From: a virus
Taxonomy: Duplodnaviria > Caudoviricetes
Direction: 5' to 3' (one strand)
IMG/VR virus record: IMGVR_UViG_3300032212_000069
Location: 1-38,598 of that record
DNA length: 38,598 bases
Shown here: positions 15,442 to 23,128 of the stretch, in pieces
How the letters are laid out: each line of letters opens with the position of its first letter
Position numbering within the stretch: the first letter of the stretch is position 1
Notes under the pieces: generated by a model
What the model saw: the letters and a program-made list of their open reading frames with translations, nothing else
What the model was told of the DNA's origin: nothing
Database searches by the model: none
Made by a program: the position numbers and the translations under genes

Positions 15442-15693
15442 ATGGACATGAGAGATAAGGTCATTCAACGGGAAAAAAGCAAGGTTGGCTTGAGAGGCCG
15501 AATCAATGCTTTTTGCGCTCACTGTATTTATGACCCAATCGCAGGAAACGGCACTTGGAGAGAGCAAATAGAAAAATGTACGTCATACGACTGTCCGTTA
15601 TATGAAGTTAGACCTCATAAAAGGGGCGGGAAGGCACAAATAAGCGATCAATTAGACGAGAACTCGGAAATTTCGATTCAGGATATGGGTTAG
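15442..15693 (+). CDS. small Cys-rich (zinc-binding) protein, first gene of the pL-like operon
   Basis: INAFCAHCIYDP...CTSYDCPLYEVRP; ATG at the expected +1 of the promoter. Confidence 0.65.
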   Translation: MDMRDKVIQREKSKVGLRGRINAFCAHCIYDPIAGNGTWREQIEKCTSYDCPLYEVRPHKRGGKAQISDQLDENSEISIQDMG

Positions 15694-15766
15694 AAATTAT
15701 CGCCGCTAATTGGACGCTTAATTGATATGTAAGAGAACTCTAATAAACAACAATAAGGAGACTCAA

Positions 15767-15940
15767 ATGGAAGGAATTGATGAAGCAATAGACGAGATTC
15801 GAGATTTAGATATGTTCACCTATAAAACGTATCGGGACGATGGGCTAACCCCGTTTGAGATTGCCTACAGGGTTTTGAGCCATTTAACCAGTGAACAATG
15901 TGAAGACTTAGAGCGGAGGTATAAAAATGACAAGGGATGA
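15767..15940 (+). CDS. hypothetical protein
   Basis: TAAGGAG SD before ATG 15767. Confidence 0.6.
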   Translation: MEGIDEAIDEIRDLDMFTYKTYRDDGLTPFEIAYRVLSHLTSEQCEDLERRYKNDKG

Positions 15941-16223
15941 TTTAAGAGAAGACCCACCTGAATATTGTTTTGTCTTTGCCAGCGTTATTCAGGAATTGGG
16001 ATATTCGTTTGGGGGTCAGTCGTTCTGTAATGACATGGAAGATTTAATTGGTAACAACAATAGACCAGACAGTGATTGGAAAAGTAACTTTGCTCACATT
16101 CTTAACATGGTTGATGCGGCCTTAGAAGAAAAGATTGAGGACGAAGCAAAAAATGAGGCGTTAAAAAGTGATGCTGAGTTGCAGGCTGATTATATGGAGG
16201 CACAAGGCCATGATAGAGACTAA
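15927..16223 (+). CDS. acidic hypothetical protein
   Basis: GGAGGT SD. Confidence 0.6.
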   Translation: MTRDDLREDPPEYCFVFASVIQELGYSFGGQSFCNDMEDLIGNNNRPDSDWKSNFAHILNMVDAALEEKIEDEAKNEALKSDAELQADYMEAQGHDRD

Positions 16224-16473
16224 GCATACAGAGTTGCCTTGGGAACTAGAGCAAACTGAAAAAAATACAAATAACTTAGATATTCTCATAAAGACCAATG
16301 ACGAGAAATGGGTGTCATGGTCGTATAAAGAGTCTAACGCCGAGTTCATTGTTAGGGCATGTAATAACCATTACAAATTATTGGACACCCTAAAGGATAT
16401 TGATAACGGCGATCTATATGTTCTTGATGTAACCCGCGAAAGAGTCAGGCAAGCCATAAAGGACGCATCGTGA
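16210..16473 (+). CDS. phage hypothetical protein (KHTxxPW...NAEFIVRACN type)
   Basis: GGAGG SD; motif typical of phage early regions. Confidence 0.65.
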   Translation: MIETKHTELPWELEQTEKNTNNLDILIKTNDEKWVSWSYKESNAEFIVRACNNHYKLLDTLKDIDNGDLYVLDVTRERVRQAIKDAS

Positions 16474-16592
16474 CTAAGACAATAATGGCTATTTTAGTCT
16501 TTGCTCTGATCTTAGGCGCATGGACTATTGAGGCAAAGGCTTATTGGTCAATGGATATTCCCGAACGGGAAGAATCTAGGGGGTGCGAGTAA
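16470..16592 (+). CDS. 40-aa peptide with a signal-peptide-like N-terminus
   Basis: MTKTIMAILVFALILGAWTIEAKAYWSMDIPEREESRGCE; AAGGA SD, GTGA and TAATG coupling. Confidence 0.6.
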   Translation: MTKTIMAILVFALILGAWTIEAKAYWSMDIPEREESRGCE

Positions 16593-16810
16593 TGGCCGTT
16601 TACCATTGTAACGAGTGCGATCTATTTTTTGATGGTGATTATTTTCCTTGTGAAGAAGATCCAAGAGAGCCATTAGCCCTACTTTGTCCAACGTGTACTG
16701 ATGAGTTTTACGATGAAGATGGAAATTTAATTGAGCCAGTAGACCCATCTAAAGATGATGGTGATTACGCTTACGATAATTGGAAAGATAAGCAGTTGGA
16801 GGACAAATGA
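16592..16810 (+). CDS. acidic zinc-finger protein
   Basis: CNEC...CPTC; TAATG-coupled start. Confidence 0.6.
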   Translation: MAVYHCNECDLFFDGDYFPCEEDPREPLALLCPTCTDEFYDEDGNLIEPVDPSKDDGDYAYDNWKDKQLEDK

Positions 16811-16992
16811 CTAACGATGAAATGTTAAAAGCTACTAGCGGCAGGGATACGGATGCAGAAGATCATCTTGACCCTTTGTTGATGTGTTACGACCCGTTAA
16901 AAGAAATAGATGATTTGATTAAGAATACTTTTCCAGAAAAAGAGAGAACTGATTATCCATTAAACGAAGAACGGGAAACATACCATGAGTGA
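16807..16992 (+). CDS. hypothetical protein
   Basis: GGAGG SD, ATGA coupling. Confidence 0.55.
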   Translation: MTNDEMLKATSGRDTDAEDHLDPLLMCYDPLKEIDDLIKNTFPEKERTDYPLNEERETYHE

Positions 16993-17596
16993 TTTGAATA
17001 TTTATCAAAGGTTAAACGAAGTAAGAAAGCTGATTGAGTACATCAAGAAAGATGCTTTAGTTCAGGGTTATAAGGCCGTGTCACACGATATGGTTACTTC
17101 TGAGGTTCGAGATCATCTTATTTCGCAGGGAGTCATTATTGTTCCGCGTTTAATTAAATCAGCAATGATTGACACGGGTACAGCGACCAAAAGCGGAAAT
17201 GCTTGGTTGAGGTATGAGGCATGGTATGAAATTGATTTTGTGAACATGGATAAACCAGAAGATAAAGTGACTATGCCTATTGAGTCTCATGCTCTTGATA
17301 CAGGAGACAAGGCCACTGGTAAGGCGTGTTCTTATGCAACTAAGTACGCAATTCTTAAAATATTCAACATTGAATCAGGTGATGATGAAGAATCTCGTCA
17401 AGAGTCAAAGCCTACCGTTAAATTCAAGAAGAACGAAAAGAAAGAGTTTTACGCGCAATCTATTAAATGTATGGCTGATGGTGATGTTGAGGGCTTGCAG
17501 GAAATATGGGGCGAATATGACGCAGACGCAAAAGCAATATTGTGGAGTCTGTTTAATTCTCAAGAAAGATCGGCAATTAAGGAGCTAATGAAATGA
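16985..17596 (+). CDS. erf: ERF-family single-strand annealing recombinase
   Basis: NIYQRLNEVR...DTGDKATGKACSYATKYAILKIFNIESGDD. Confidence 0.88.
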   Translation: MSDLNIYQRLNEVRKLIEYIKKDALVQGYKAVSHDMVTSEVRDHLISQGVIIVPRLIKSAMIDTGTATKSGNAWLRYEAWYEIDFVNMDKPEDKVTMPIESHALDTGDKATGKACSYATKYAILKIFNIESGDDEESRQESKPTVKFKKNEKKEFYAQSIKCMADGDVEGLQEIWGEYDADAKAILWSLFNSQERSAIKELMK

Positions 17597-17865
17597 GTGA
17601 TAATAAATTTGTAGATGGATTAATGGTTAAAGCACCACATGATAAAGCACCTGATTTCGTTAAAGGGTCTATTTCAATTAAGCGAAAAGATTTAGGTAAC
17701 TGGTTGCGCCAACAAGAAGGTGATTGGATTAACTTGGACATTAAAGAATCTAAGGGTGGCAAGTGGTATGCAGCGGTGAATGATTGGAAGCCAGAACAGC
17801 AAGCCGCGCCAGCAGCGCCGAATAGTGATGATGGGTTTAGTGACTCCTCAGACATCCCTTTCTAA
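17593..17865 (+). CDS. single-stranded DNA-binding protein-like
   Basis: Follows erf; acidic tail ending SDIPF. Confidence 0.7.
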   Translation: MSDNKFVDGLMVKAPHDKAPDFVKGSISIKRKDLGNWLRQQEGDWINLDIKESKGGKWYAAVNDWKPEQQAAPAAPNSDDGFSDSSDIPF

Positions 17866-18305
17866 TGGCTATTAACGGACAAATCAACCGCCAGCTAATC
17901 ATCAGGGACGATGATAGTGGCTGTTGGAATTGGGCTGGAACAGCGAACCCCAAAACGGGGTACGGAAAGAAGCAGTGGTTTGCTAGAACTGAGTTGGCGC
18001 ACAGGTGGGTTTGGACAATGTTTAACGGGAAAATACCAGAAGGGCTTGTTATCAATCATAAGTGTCGAAATCGTAAATGCGTTAATCCAGACCATCTTGA
18101 GGTGGTAACACAAACGGAAAATTGCAGGCATGGAAAAGGATGCGCTCTAACGAAAAAAGAGGCTCAGTCCATTTTAGATCATAAGCAATTAAGGGTCTGG
18201 GGTGATGGCGCAAAGTTAGCAAGGAAGTATGGCGTAAGCACTGCACTGATTCACGATATTTGGAATGGTCGAGCATGGAAAGAACTAGAGCCTGTAGATT
18301 TTTAG
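17865..18305 (+). CDS. HNH homing endonuclease with C-terminal HTH
   Basis: GCWNWAG...LAHR...INHKCRNRKCVNPDHLEVVTQTEN...LARKYGVS. Confidence 0.9.
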   Translation: MAINGQINRQLIIRDDDSGCWNWAGTANPKTGYGKKQWFARTELAHRWVWTMFNGKIPEGLVINHKCRNRKCVNPDHLEVVTQTENCRHGKGCALTKKEAQSILDHKQLRVWGDGAKLARKYGVSTALIHDIWNGRAWKELEPVDF

Positions 18306-18311
18306 TCTTAT

Positions 18312-18376
18312 GAGCAGCCTACCTAAACACTTATTGTTTACTAGTTGTGGTAACTAATCGGGTGGGTTGCTCACCA
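18312..18376 (+). ncRNA. candidate three-way-junction RNA ending in ACCA (C4/CI antisense-like)
   Basis: 13-bp stem 18312-18324/18360-18372 with G-U pairs, two inner hairpins, 3' ACCA. Confidence 0.5.
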
Positions 18377-18397
18377 TTTAATACACATAAAGGATAG

Positions 18398-18619
18398 ATG
18401 ATGAATAATTTACCAAAAGAGCCGCCAGAGGAATTGATTTTAAGTATGGCTATCAGGTACGACCACGGGTTAGCAATTGACGGATATTACGACACGCTCC
18501 CCGTCCAGCTTGGTGCAACCCATAAGCAAAGGCTTGAATCTACGCTCAAGGTGATGCGCCAGTTATACGAAGAAGTTTCCGGTTATGGTTTTTATAAATA
18601 CCCAGACAATGACGGCTGA
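18398..18619 (+). CDS. phage hypothetical protein
   Basis: AAGGA SD; SMAIRYDHGL...MRQLYEEVSGYGFY. Confidence 0.65.
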   Translation: MMNNLPKEPPEELILSMAIRYDHGLAIDGYYDTLPVQLGATHKQRLESTLKVMRQLYEEVSGYGFYKYPDNDG

Positions 18620-18728
18620 ATAACACAACACCAGAGAGGGGTGTAATGATAAGCAAGAAACGATTTAACACTGTTGGTTGTAAGATTTATCCGAACCCGC
18701 ATGAGAAGGTTAATTAAGAATTATGGAT

Positions 18729-18911
18729 TAAATATTTTGATTTGTGTATTAGCGGCGTGGAAAGCAGAAGCTAGGCCGGATAGTTTCAAGAGACACGCGA
18801 GACAGGGTTGTAGGGAGCCACGGCCTCCTGACCTGTTGCCACACAAGGCATGCCGTTATCTGAGTGTGAGCTAGAGTAGCGACTGGCCTAGTACACAATT
18901 CAAAGTGTTTA
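18729..18911 (+). ncRNA. structured tRNA-like non-coding RNA
   Basis: 24-bp closing stem (23 paired) enclosing D-like, central and T-like arms. Confidence 0.65.
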
Positions 18912-18930
18912 TATTGAATATAGGAGATAG

Positions 18931-19251
18931 GTGAGTGATATGAGACATGACGATAAAGAACAAATTGAAGCTGCTAGAGGCTTCGCAGATGATGAACAAG
19001 GCTCAGGTAGTGAGGCGCATTGGGGTGATATGACTAACACAATAGAAAGGGCTGAAAATGAACTATCAAGAAATTTCCCGCGTGAAAATAGCGATGATAT
19101 TATCCGCGACCTACTAACTGAGCTTAAAGAAACGCAAGCCAAACTAGAACGGGCTAAAGTAAACTACGCCGAGTTACATAAGTATGCTTTCCAGAGTAAC
19201 TGCTTATCAGGGGTGGATAATTTTGATGCGCCGTATAAAGAGGATAAGTGA
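18931..19251 (+). CDS. hypothetical protein
   Basis: AGGAG SD before GTG. Confidence 0.6.
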   Translation: MSDMRHDDKEQIEAARGFADDEQGSGSEAHWGDMTNTIERAENELSRNFPRENSDDIIRDLLTELKETQAKLERAKVNYAELHKYAFQSNCLSGVDNFDAPYKEDK

Positions 19252-19486
19252 ATGAAGCCAGATAAATACATAAGTTTTGGTGATGCACCTGACCAGATAA
19301 ACCTATCTTATGTGATTCATTTAGAACAACAACTAGCAGAAAAAGATAAAGAGATTGAACGGTTGCGGGGTGTGATTATCAAATACTTGCAAGGCAGGCC
19401 AAATTTATCGACACAATCACCTTTGCAGTGGGATATGAAGTTACGCGAAGAAATGGAGCAAGCACTACAAGATAAAGAGGATAAGT
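19235..19486 (+). repeat. 15-nt direct repeat ATAAAGAGGATAAGT at 19235-19249 and 19472-19486
   Basis: Exact match at the 3' ends of two consecutive genes. Confidence 0.8.
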
Positions 19487-19488
19487 AA
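19252..19488 (+). CDS. hypothetical coiled-coil protein
   Basis: LEQQLAEKDKEIERLR; GAGG SD. Confidence 0.6.
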   Translation: MKPDKYISFGDAPDQINLSYVIHLEQQLAEKDKEIERLRGVIIKYLQGRPNLSTQSPLQWDMKLREEMEQALQDKEDK

Positions 19489-19679
19489 TGAATTGGGTGC
19501 TTACTTCCAAGTTTTGTGAAATGACAGGCTATACCGATGAGGCGGTGAAGTCTAAGATAAGGCATGGTCATTGGTTACAGAATGTAATATGGTGTAAACG
19601 TGGAGGAAGGCGGCACATTAATATAGAGGAGTATGAGAAATGGGTAATGGGGTTAGACCAGCATCCAAGTCAACAATAG
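19488..19679 (+). CDS. xis: excisionase
   Basis: 63-aa basic wHTH WVLTSKFCEMTGYTDEAVKSKIRHGHW overlapping the int start by 40 bp. Confidence 0.85.
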   Translation: MNWVLTSKFCEMTGYTDEAVKSKIRHGHWLQNVIWCKRGGRRHINIEEYEKWVMGLDQHPSQQ

Positions 19680-20818
19680 AAATACGTTTTTATCTTGATG
19701 GTATTCGATGTGAGGAGAGGGTTAAGATGCCCCCTACTTCGTCTAATATTAAGTTCTGTGAGAACTGGAAGAAACGTATTGACCATGAGATTGCTACCAA
19801 TACATTTGATTACAAGTCACACTTTCCTAATTCCAAGAACATAGCTCTGTTCTCAAGATATAAGGGTGATGCGATTCTTATATCAGAATACCTTGATAGT
19901 TGGCTCAAAGAATCCAAAGACTACCTTATGTCTTCTACCTATAACGGTTACAGGAAGATAATAAAAGGACACCTATCGCCTGTATTTGGGCATCTTAAAT
20001 TAACTGACTTCTCAAGAAAACACGCTAAGGAATGGATGCGTGATAACCCTGATATGTCCAGCAAGACAATAAGTAACGTCATATCTCCTTTAAGAATTGC
20101 GCTAGACGACGCTTTAGAAGATGAGCTAATTAATGCCAATCCTTTAGCTGGATGGAAGGTAAAGCGTAAACGTGGGCGTAGCCGTAAGGCTGATGCAATA
20201 GATCCCTTCTCTTACCAAGAAACACAACAAATCCTTGCGGCAATGAATGAGCCTGATGTGAATATGTTTGAGTTCTGGTTTAACACCGGACTACGGGTAA
20301 GCGAGTTGGTTGCTTTAGATTGGGGTGATATAGATTGGGGAGGCAGGAAGATAAGGATTGATAAGGCTTTAACAATGGCTGCTGATGAAACTGAGCAAAC
20401 CAAGACTGATGCGGGAGATCGGGACGTATGGCTTAACGAAAGAGCATTACAGGCACTTGAAAGACAAAGAGCGCATACGTTATTAAAAGGAAATGAGATA
20501 TTCCAAAACACACGCACTGGAGAGAGGTGGACAGGTGATGCACCTATTCGACTAGGGGTGTGGGCTAAGGCATTAAAGAAGGCAAAAGTACGTTACCGCT
20601 ATCCATACCAGATAAGGCATACACGTATATCAAACCTGTTAATGGCTGGTGAAAACCCTATGTGGGTAGCTACTCAGGTAGGCCATACAGATTGGGCTTT
20701 TACTGCTAGAACGTATAGTCGGTTTATACCGGATAACGCGCCAGATGCAGGAAGTAAGGAACAAGAGGCTTATATGAAAGGGGTAGAATCGGGGGATCGT
20801 AACGCTACAGGCCAATAG
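19640..20818 (+). CDS. int: tyrosine integrase with DUF3596-type arm-binding domain
   Basis: IEIRFYLDGIRCEE...FDYKSHFPNS; TGLRVSEL, TKT, YQIRHT, QVGH, RTYSRF. Confidence 0.95.
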   Translation: MGNGVRPASKSTIEIRFYLDGIRCEERVKMPPTSSNIKFCENWKKRIDHEIATNTFDYKSHFPNSKNIALFSRYKGDAILISEYLDSWLKESKDYLMSSTYNGYRKIIKGHLSPVFGHLKLTDFSRKHAKEWMRDNPDMSSKTISNVISPLRIALDDALEDELINANPLAGWKVKRKRGRSRKADAIDPFSYQETQQILAAMNEPDVNMFEFWFNTGLRVSELVALDWGDIDWGGRKIRIDKALTMAADETEQTKTDAGDRDVWLNERALQALERQRAHTLLKGNEIFQNTRTGERWTGDAPIRLGVWAKALKKAKVRYRYPYQIRHTRISNLLMAGENPMWVATQVGHTDWAFTARTYSRFIPDNAPDAGSKEQEAYMKGVESGDRNATGQ

Positions 20819-20835
20819 AATTAAGGATGGTGGAT

Positions 20836-20860
20836 GGTTCGATTCCCGCCGTCTCCACCA
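20836..20860 (+). other. attP core: 3' fragment of tmRNA (ssrA), less likely a tRNA-Ala
   Basis: GG-TTCGATT-CCCGC-CGTCTCC-ACCA just downstream of int; the 5' T-stem strand is truncated. Confidence 0.85.
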
Positions 20861-20873
20861 AACAATCATTATA

Positions 20874-20886
20874 AATCAATAGGTTA
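20874..20886 (+). promoter_or_regulatory. IHF site of attP
   Basis: AATCAATAGGTTA matches WATCAANNNNTTR. Confidence 0.75.
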
Positions 20887-20938
20887 TGATATTAGTTACC
20901 CCCTAAAAGGGGCAGAAAGTGGCTATGAGGGGCGGTAT

Positions 20939-20970
20939 TTGGGGGATAAATTGGGGGATATTGGGGGTAA
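20939..20970 (+). repeat. three direct repeats TTGGGGG(A/T)(T/A)A, candidate integrase arm-type sites
   Basis: TTGGGGGATA at 20939 and 20951, TTGGGGGTAA at 20961. Confidence 0.65.
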
Positions 20971-20972
20971 AT

Positions 20973-21185
20973 ATGACAAAGCATGGCAGACGGCATTTAG
21001 AGATTGCTATTGATATGGCAAGGCGAGGCAAGAAGGTTTTGTATGTCGTTGTTGATAAGGAAAGGGCTGTGGATAATGTTGAGTCAATTACTGGTAAGGG
21101 TGTGTGGCCTATCGGTCTTAAATTGCGTGATGTAAACCATAAAGAGAGACAACAGCCTGAGATGATATGGATTGATGATTATTAG
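20973..21185 (+). CDS. small hypothetical protein, 70 aa
   Basis: GGGGGT SD-like sequence before ATG 20973; convergent with the late operon. Confidence 0.5.
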   Translation: MTKHGRRHLEIAIDMARRGKKVLYVVVDKERAVDNVESITGKGVWPIGLKLRDVNHKERQQPEMIWIDDY

Positions 21186-21250
21186 GCAAATAACTTAGGC
21201 TTATATTTCTTTAGGGGCACACCTTCATATCTGCGACAGAGATAGTCTAA
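21182..21250 (-). pseudogene. displaced original 3' end of the metallophosphoesterase gene
   Basis: Translates LDYLCRRYEGVPLKKYKPKLFA*, versus LSYLCLRYEGVPLSKFKPKIFA* at 21873-21941. Confidence 0.9.
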
Positions 21251-21876
21251 GCGGCAACTGAGTTACTCTTTCTAAGATTATCCTCAGCAAAAAGCAACTG
21301 CATATTGTCCTCACAGTGCAGGCCGCAAACTTCCTTTCCTTGTAATGGGATAATGTGGTCTACGTGGACTTTTCTGCCAGTTCTATCAGCTTCTTTTTTC
21401 GCAAGCAAATACCATAACGCAATATACTTATGATTAGCCCAAGATGGCGTTGCCTTAATCCTGTTAGCCCTACGCTTTGCTGCGTTGGCATATACTAGGT
21501 GGGAGTTTTCCTTCTTCCATAACCTTGTTCTTTCATTTAATATGTCTGAGTTTTTAGCTCGGTACGCCTTGGCGTGCGACCTGCTTCTAGCCCTGCTTTC
21601 GTCTATGGATGCGTAATATCTAATCTTTGCCTTCCTGTTGGCCTCATCCTTATTCCTTTGATGCCACTCTCTGCCGATTTTGCGCTTTTTATCTCTGTTA
21701 TCTGAAACCCATTCGCTTACCTTCACCTTAATGTAGTCAGCGTTTTTTACGTAATATTTTTTCTGACTAGAAAGCATACATGCCTTGCATTGAGATTGGA
21801 GTCCGTCAGTCTTGCGAGAATCCTTATAATAATCCCGCTCTGGTTGTCTTTCTTTGCACTTACTACAAGTCTTCAT
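21247..21876 (-). CDS. HNH homing endonuclease with N-terminal zinc finger
   Basis: KTCSKC...CKAC; HVDHIIPLQGKEVCGLHCEDNMQLL...NLRKSN. Confidence 0.9.
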   Translation of the reverse strand: MKTCSKCKERQPERDYYKDSRKTDGLQSQCKACMLSSQKKYYVKNADYIKVKVSEWVSDNRDKKRKIGREWHQRNKDEANRKAKIRYYASIDESRARSRSHAKAYRAKNSDILNERTRLWKKENSHLVYANAAKRRANRIKATPSWANHKYIALWYLLAKKEADRTGRKVHVDHIIPLQGKEVCGLHCEDNMQLLFAEDNLRKSNSVAA

Positions 21877-22652
21877 GCAAAGATCTTCGGTTTAAACTTG
21901 CTCAATGGGACTCCCTCGTAGCGCAAACATAAGTACGATAAACTAATCTCCATAATATCATAGTCACCACCTTTGACCTCATGTTTGAATATGATGCCTC
22001 TCCAGTGGTTGTTCCCCTGATAACCCTTATACCCTTCGTCGTGTAGGTAACATGCTCCAGCTACTAATGCTCTGCGAGTGTCACCGTTACCAAGATCAAG
22101 TTGAGCAATATCTTTAGTTTGCTGGTGTCCCATAGTGAATGAAAAGCCAATATTCTTTAATCGAGTATGCGCTTGACCACCATAAGGCTTGCCTGTCATT
22201 GGGTTATAGAAGTAATGGGCGTAATGAACACCGTCTATACAAACAGGTTTAAGGAAGTCGTGAACCTCCCACTTGTCTTTCTTTAGATCGAAATCGTTAT
22301 AGGTGAGTTTTCCTGATAGTTCAGGGTTGGCGTTTACATGGCGCATAATGCGTTCTTCATGGTTGCCAATAAGGAATACTTTGCGGGGCTTATACTTTTT
22401 CTTGCGTTTAATCGGGGCTAATAATACACCCATAGCTCTTATTCCAGCATCTATATCATCCTGATACCTAGCGCCTTCTGCTTTGAGTGTTTTCTTGTCG
22501 TAATGAGATAGGGAGTGCATGTCGAAATGATCGCCAGCATGAATGATAACGTCAGGCTGTTTCTCTGCTATGTATCGACCAATCCACTTTAAATGGTCTA
22601 TGGGGCAATCAGGCTTAACTTGCGTATCTGGAATGAAACAATGAGTAGTCAT
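21873..22652 (-). CDS. calcineurin-like metallophosphoesterase
   Basis: IPDTQ, HAGDHFD, LIGNHE, YAH, MGHQQ motifs. Confidence 0.88.
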   Translation of the reverse strand: MTTHCFIPDTQVKPDCPIDHLKWIGRYIAEKQPDVIIHAGDHFDMHSLSHYDKKTLKAEGARYQDDIDAGIRAMGVLLAPIKRKKKYKPRKVFLIGNHEERIMRHVNANPELSGKLTYNDFDLKKDKWEVHDFLKPVCIDGVHYAHYFYNPMTGKPYGGQAHTRLKNIGFSFTMGHQQTKDIAQLDLGNGDTRRALVAGACYLHDEGYKGYQGNNHWRGIIFKHEVKGGDYDIMEISLSYLCLRYEGVPLSKFKPKIFA

Positions 22653-22714
22653 ATATTATTCCTATACCGGTATAAGTAAATCTTATAGTAACCGTTAGCC
22701 ATTGAAATAGCAAG

Positions 22715-23128
22715 CTATTTGCGCTTTAACGTCTTAACCGGAAGCCCTGTGGAGGTGTCTATTTTACAAGCAATCTTAACTGCCTCTGTTGGGGTCTTAC
22801 CGCAATACATAGCGGCTAATGCTGCATCTGCACCAGAGCCTATGGCATAGAATTTATTGGTAAAGCGCATTGGGTATTCTGATTCATCCCATAGCTCTAT
22901 TTTGCCGTTACTCTTTAATATGATGATGTTGGTGTCGCTTAAACTAGGAGGTTCTTCTTTTCTTGTTTTGTACCAATCAATGAAAGCAAGTCCAGCACCT
23001 AAAGATCCAGCAAGACCTACAATGTCGCCATTAACTCTGAATATCTTGGTGCATCTAGCTCTTGTTCCGCCGTCGTCTACCGCAGAATCACCTGCCATTG
23101 ACTTTGAATCACATGCAATGGTTGTCAC
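22715..23128 (-). CDS. Ntn-hydrolase (HslV/proteasome beta-like) protein
   Basis: N-terminal MTTIA, AGDS, KIF, GLAGS, YAIGSG, D..TG. Confidence 0.75.
   Translation of the reverse strand: MTTIACDSKSMAGDSAVDDGGTRARCTKIFRVNGDIVGLAGSLGAGLAFIDWYKTRKEEPPSLSDTNIIILKSNGKIELWDESEYPMRFTNKFYAIGSGADAALAAMYCGKTPTEAVKIACKIDTSTGLPVKTLKRK

Noticed and set aside
18674-18874. 66-aa ORF as a protein-coding gene
   Set aside because: TTG start without an SD, and it overlies the strongly base-paired RNA element
18860-18885. Hammerhead ribozyme (CTGAG...GA)
   Set aside because: No CUGANGA core in register and no GAAA; the segment is better explained as the T-like arm of the larger RNA
20780-20860. Complete tRNA or tmRNA gene
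   Set aside because: Only the T-loop and 3' acceptor strand are present; upstream is int coding sequence, so it is an attP fragment
20929-20970. CRISPR array or G-quadruplex element
   Set aside because: Repeats are 10 bp with 0-2 bp spacers; the position beside core and IHF sites fits integrase arm sites
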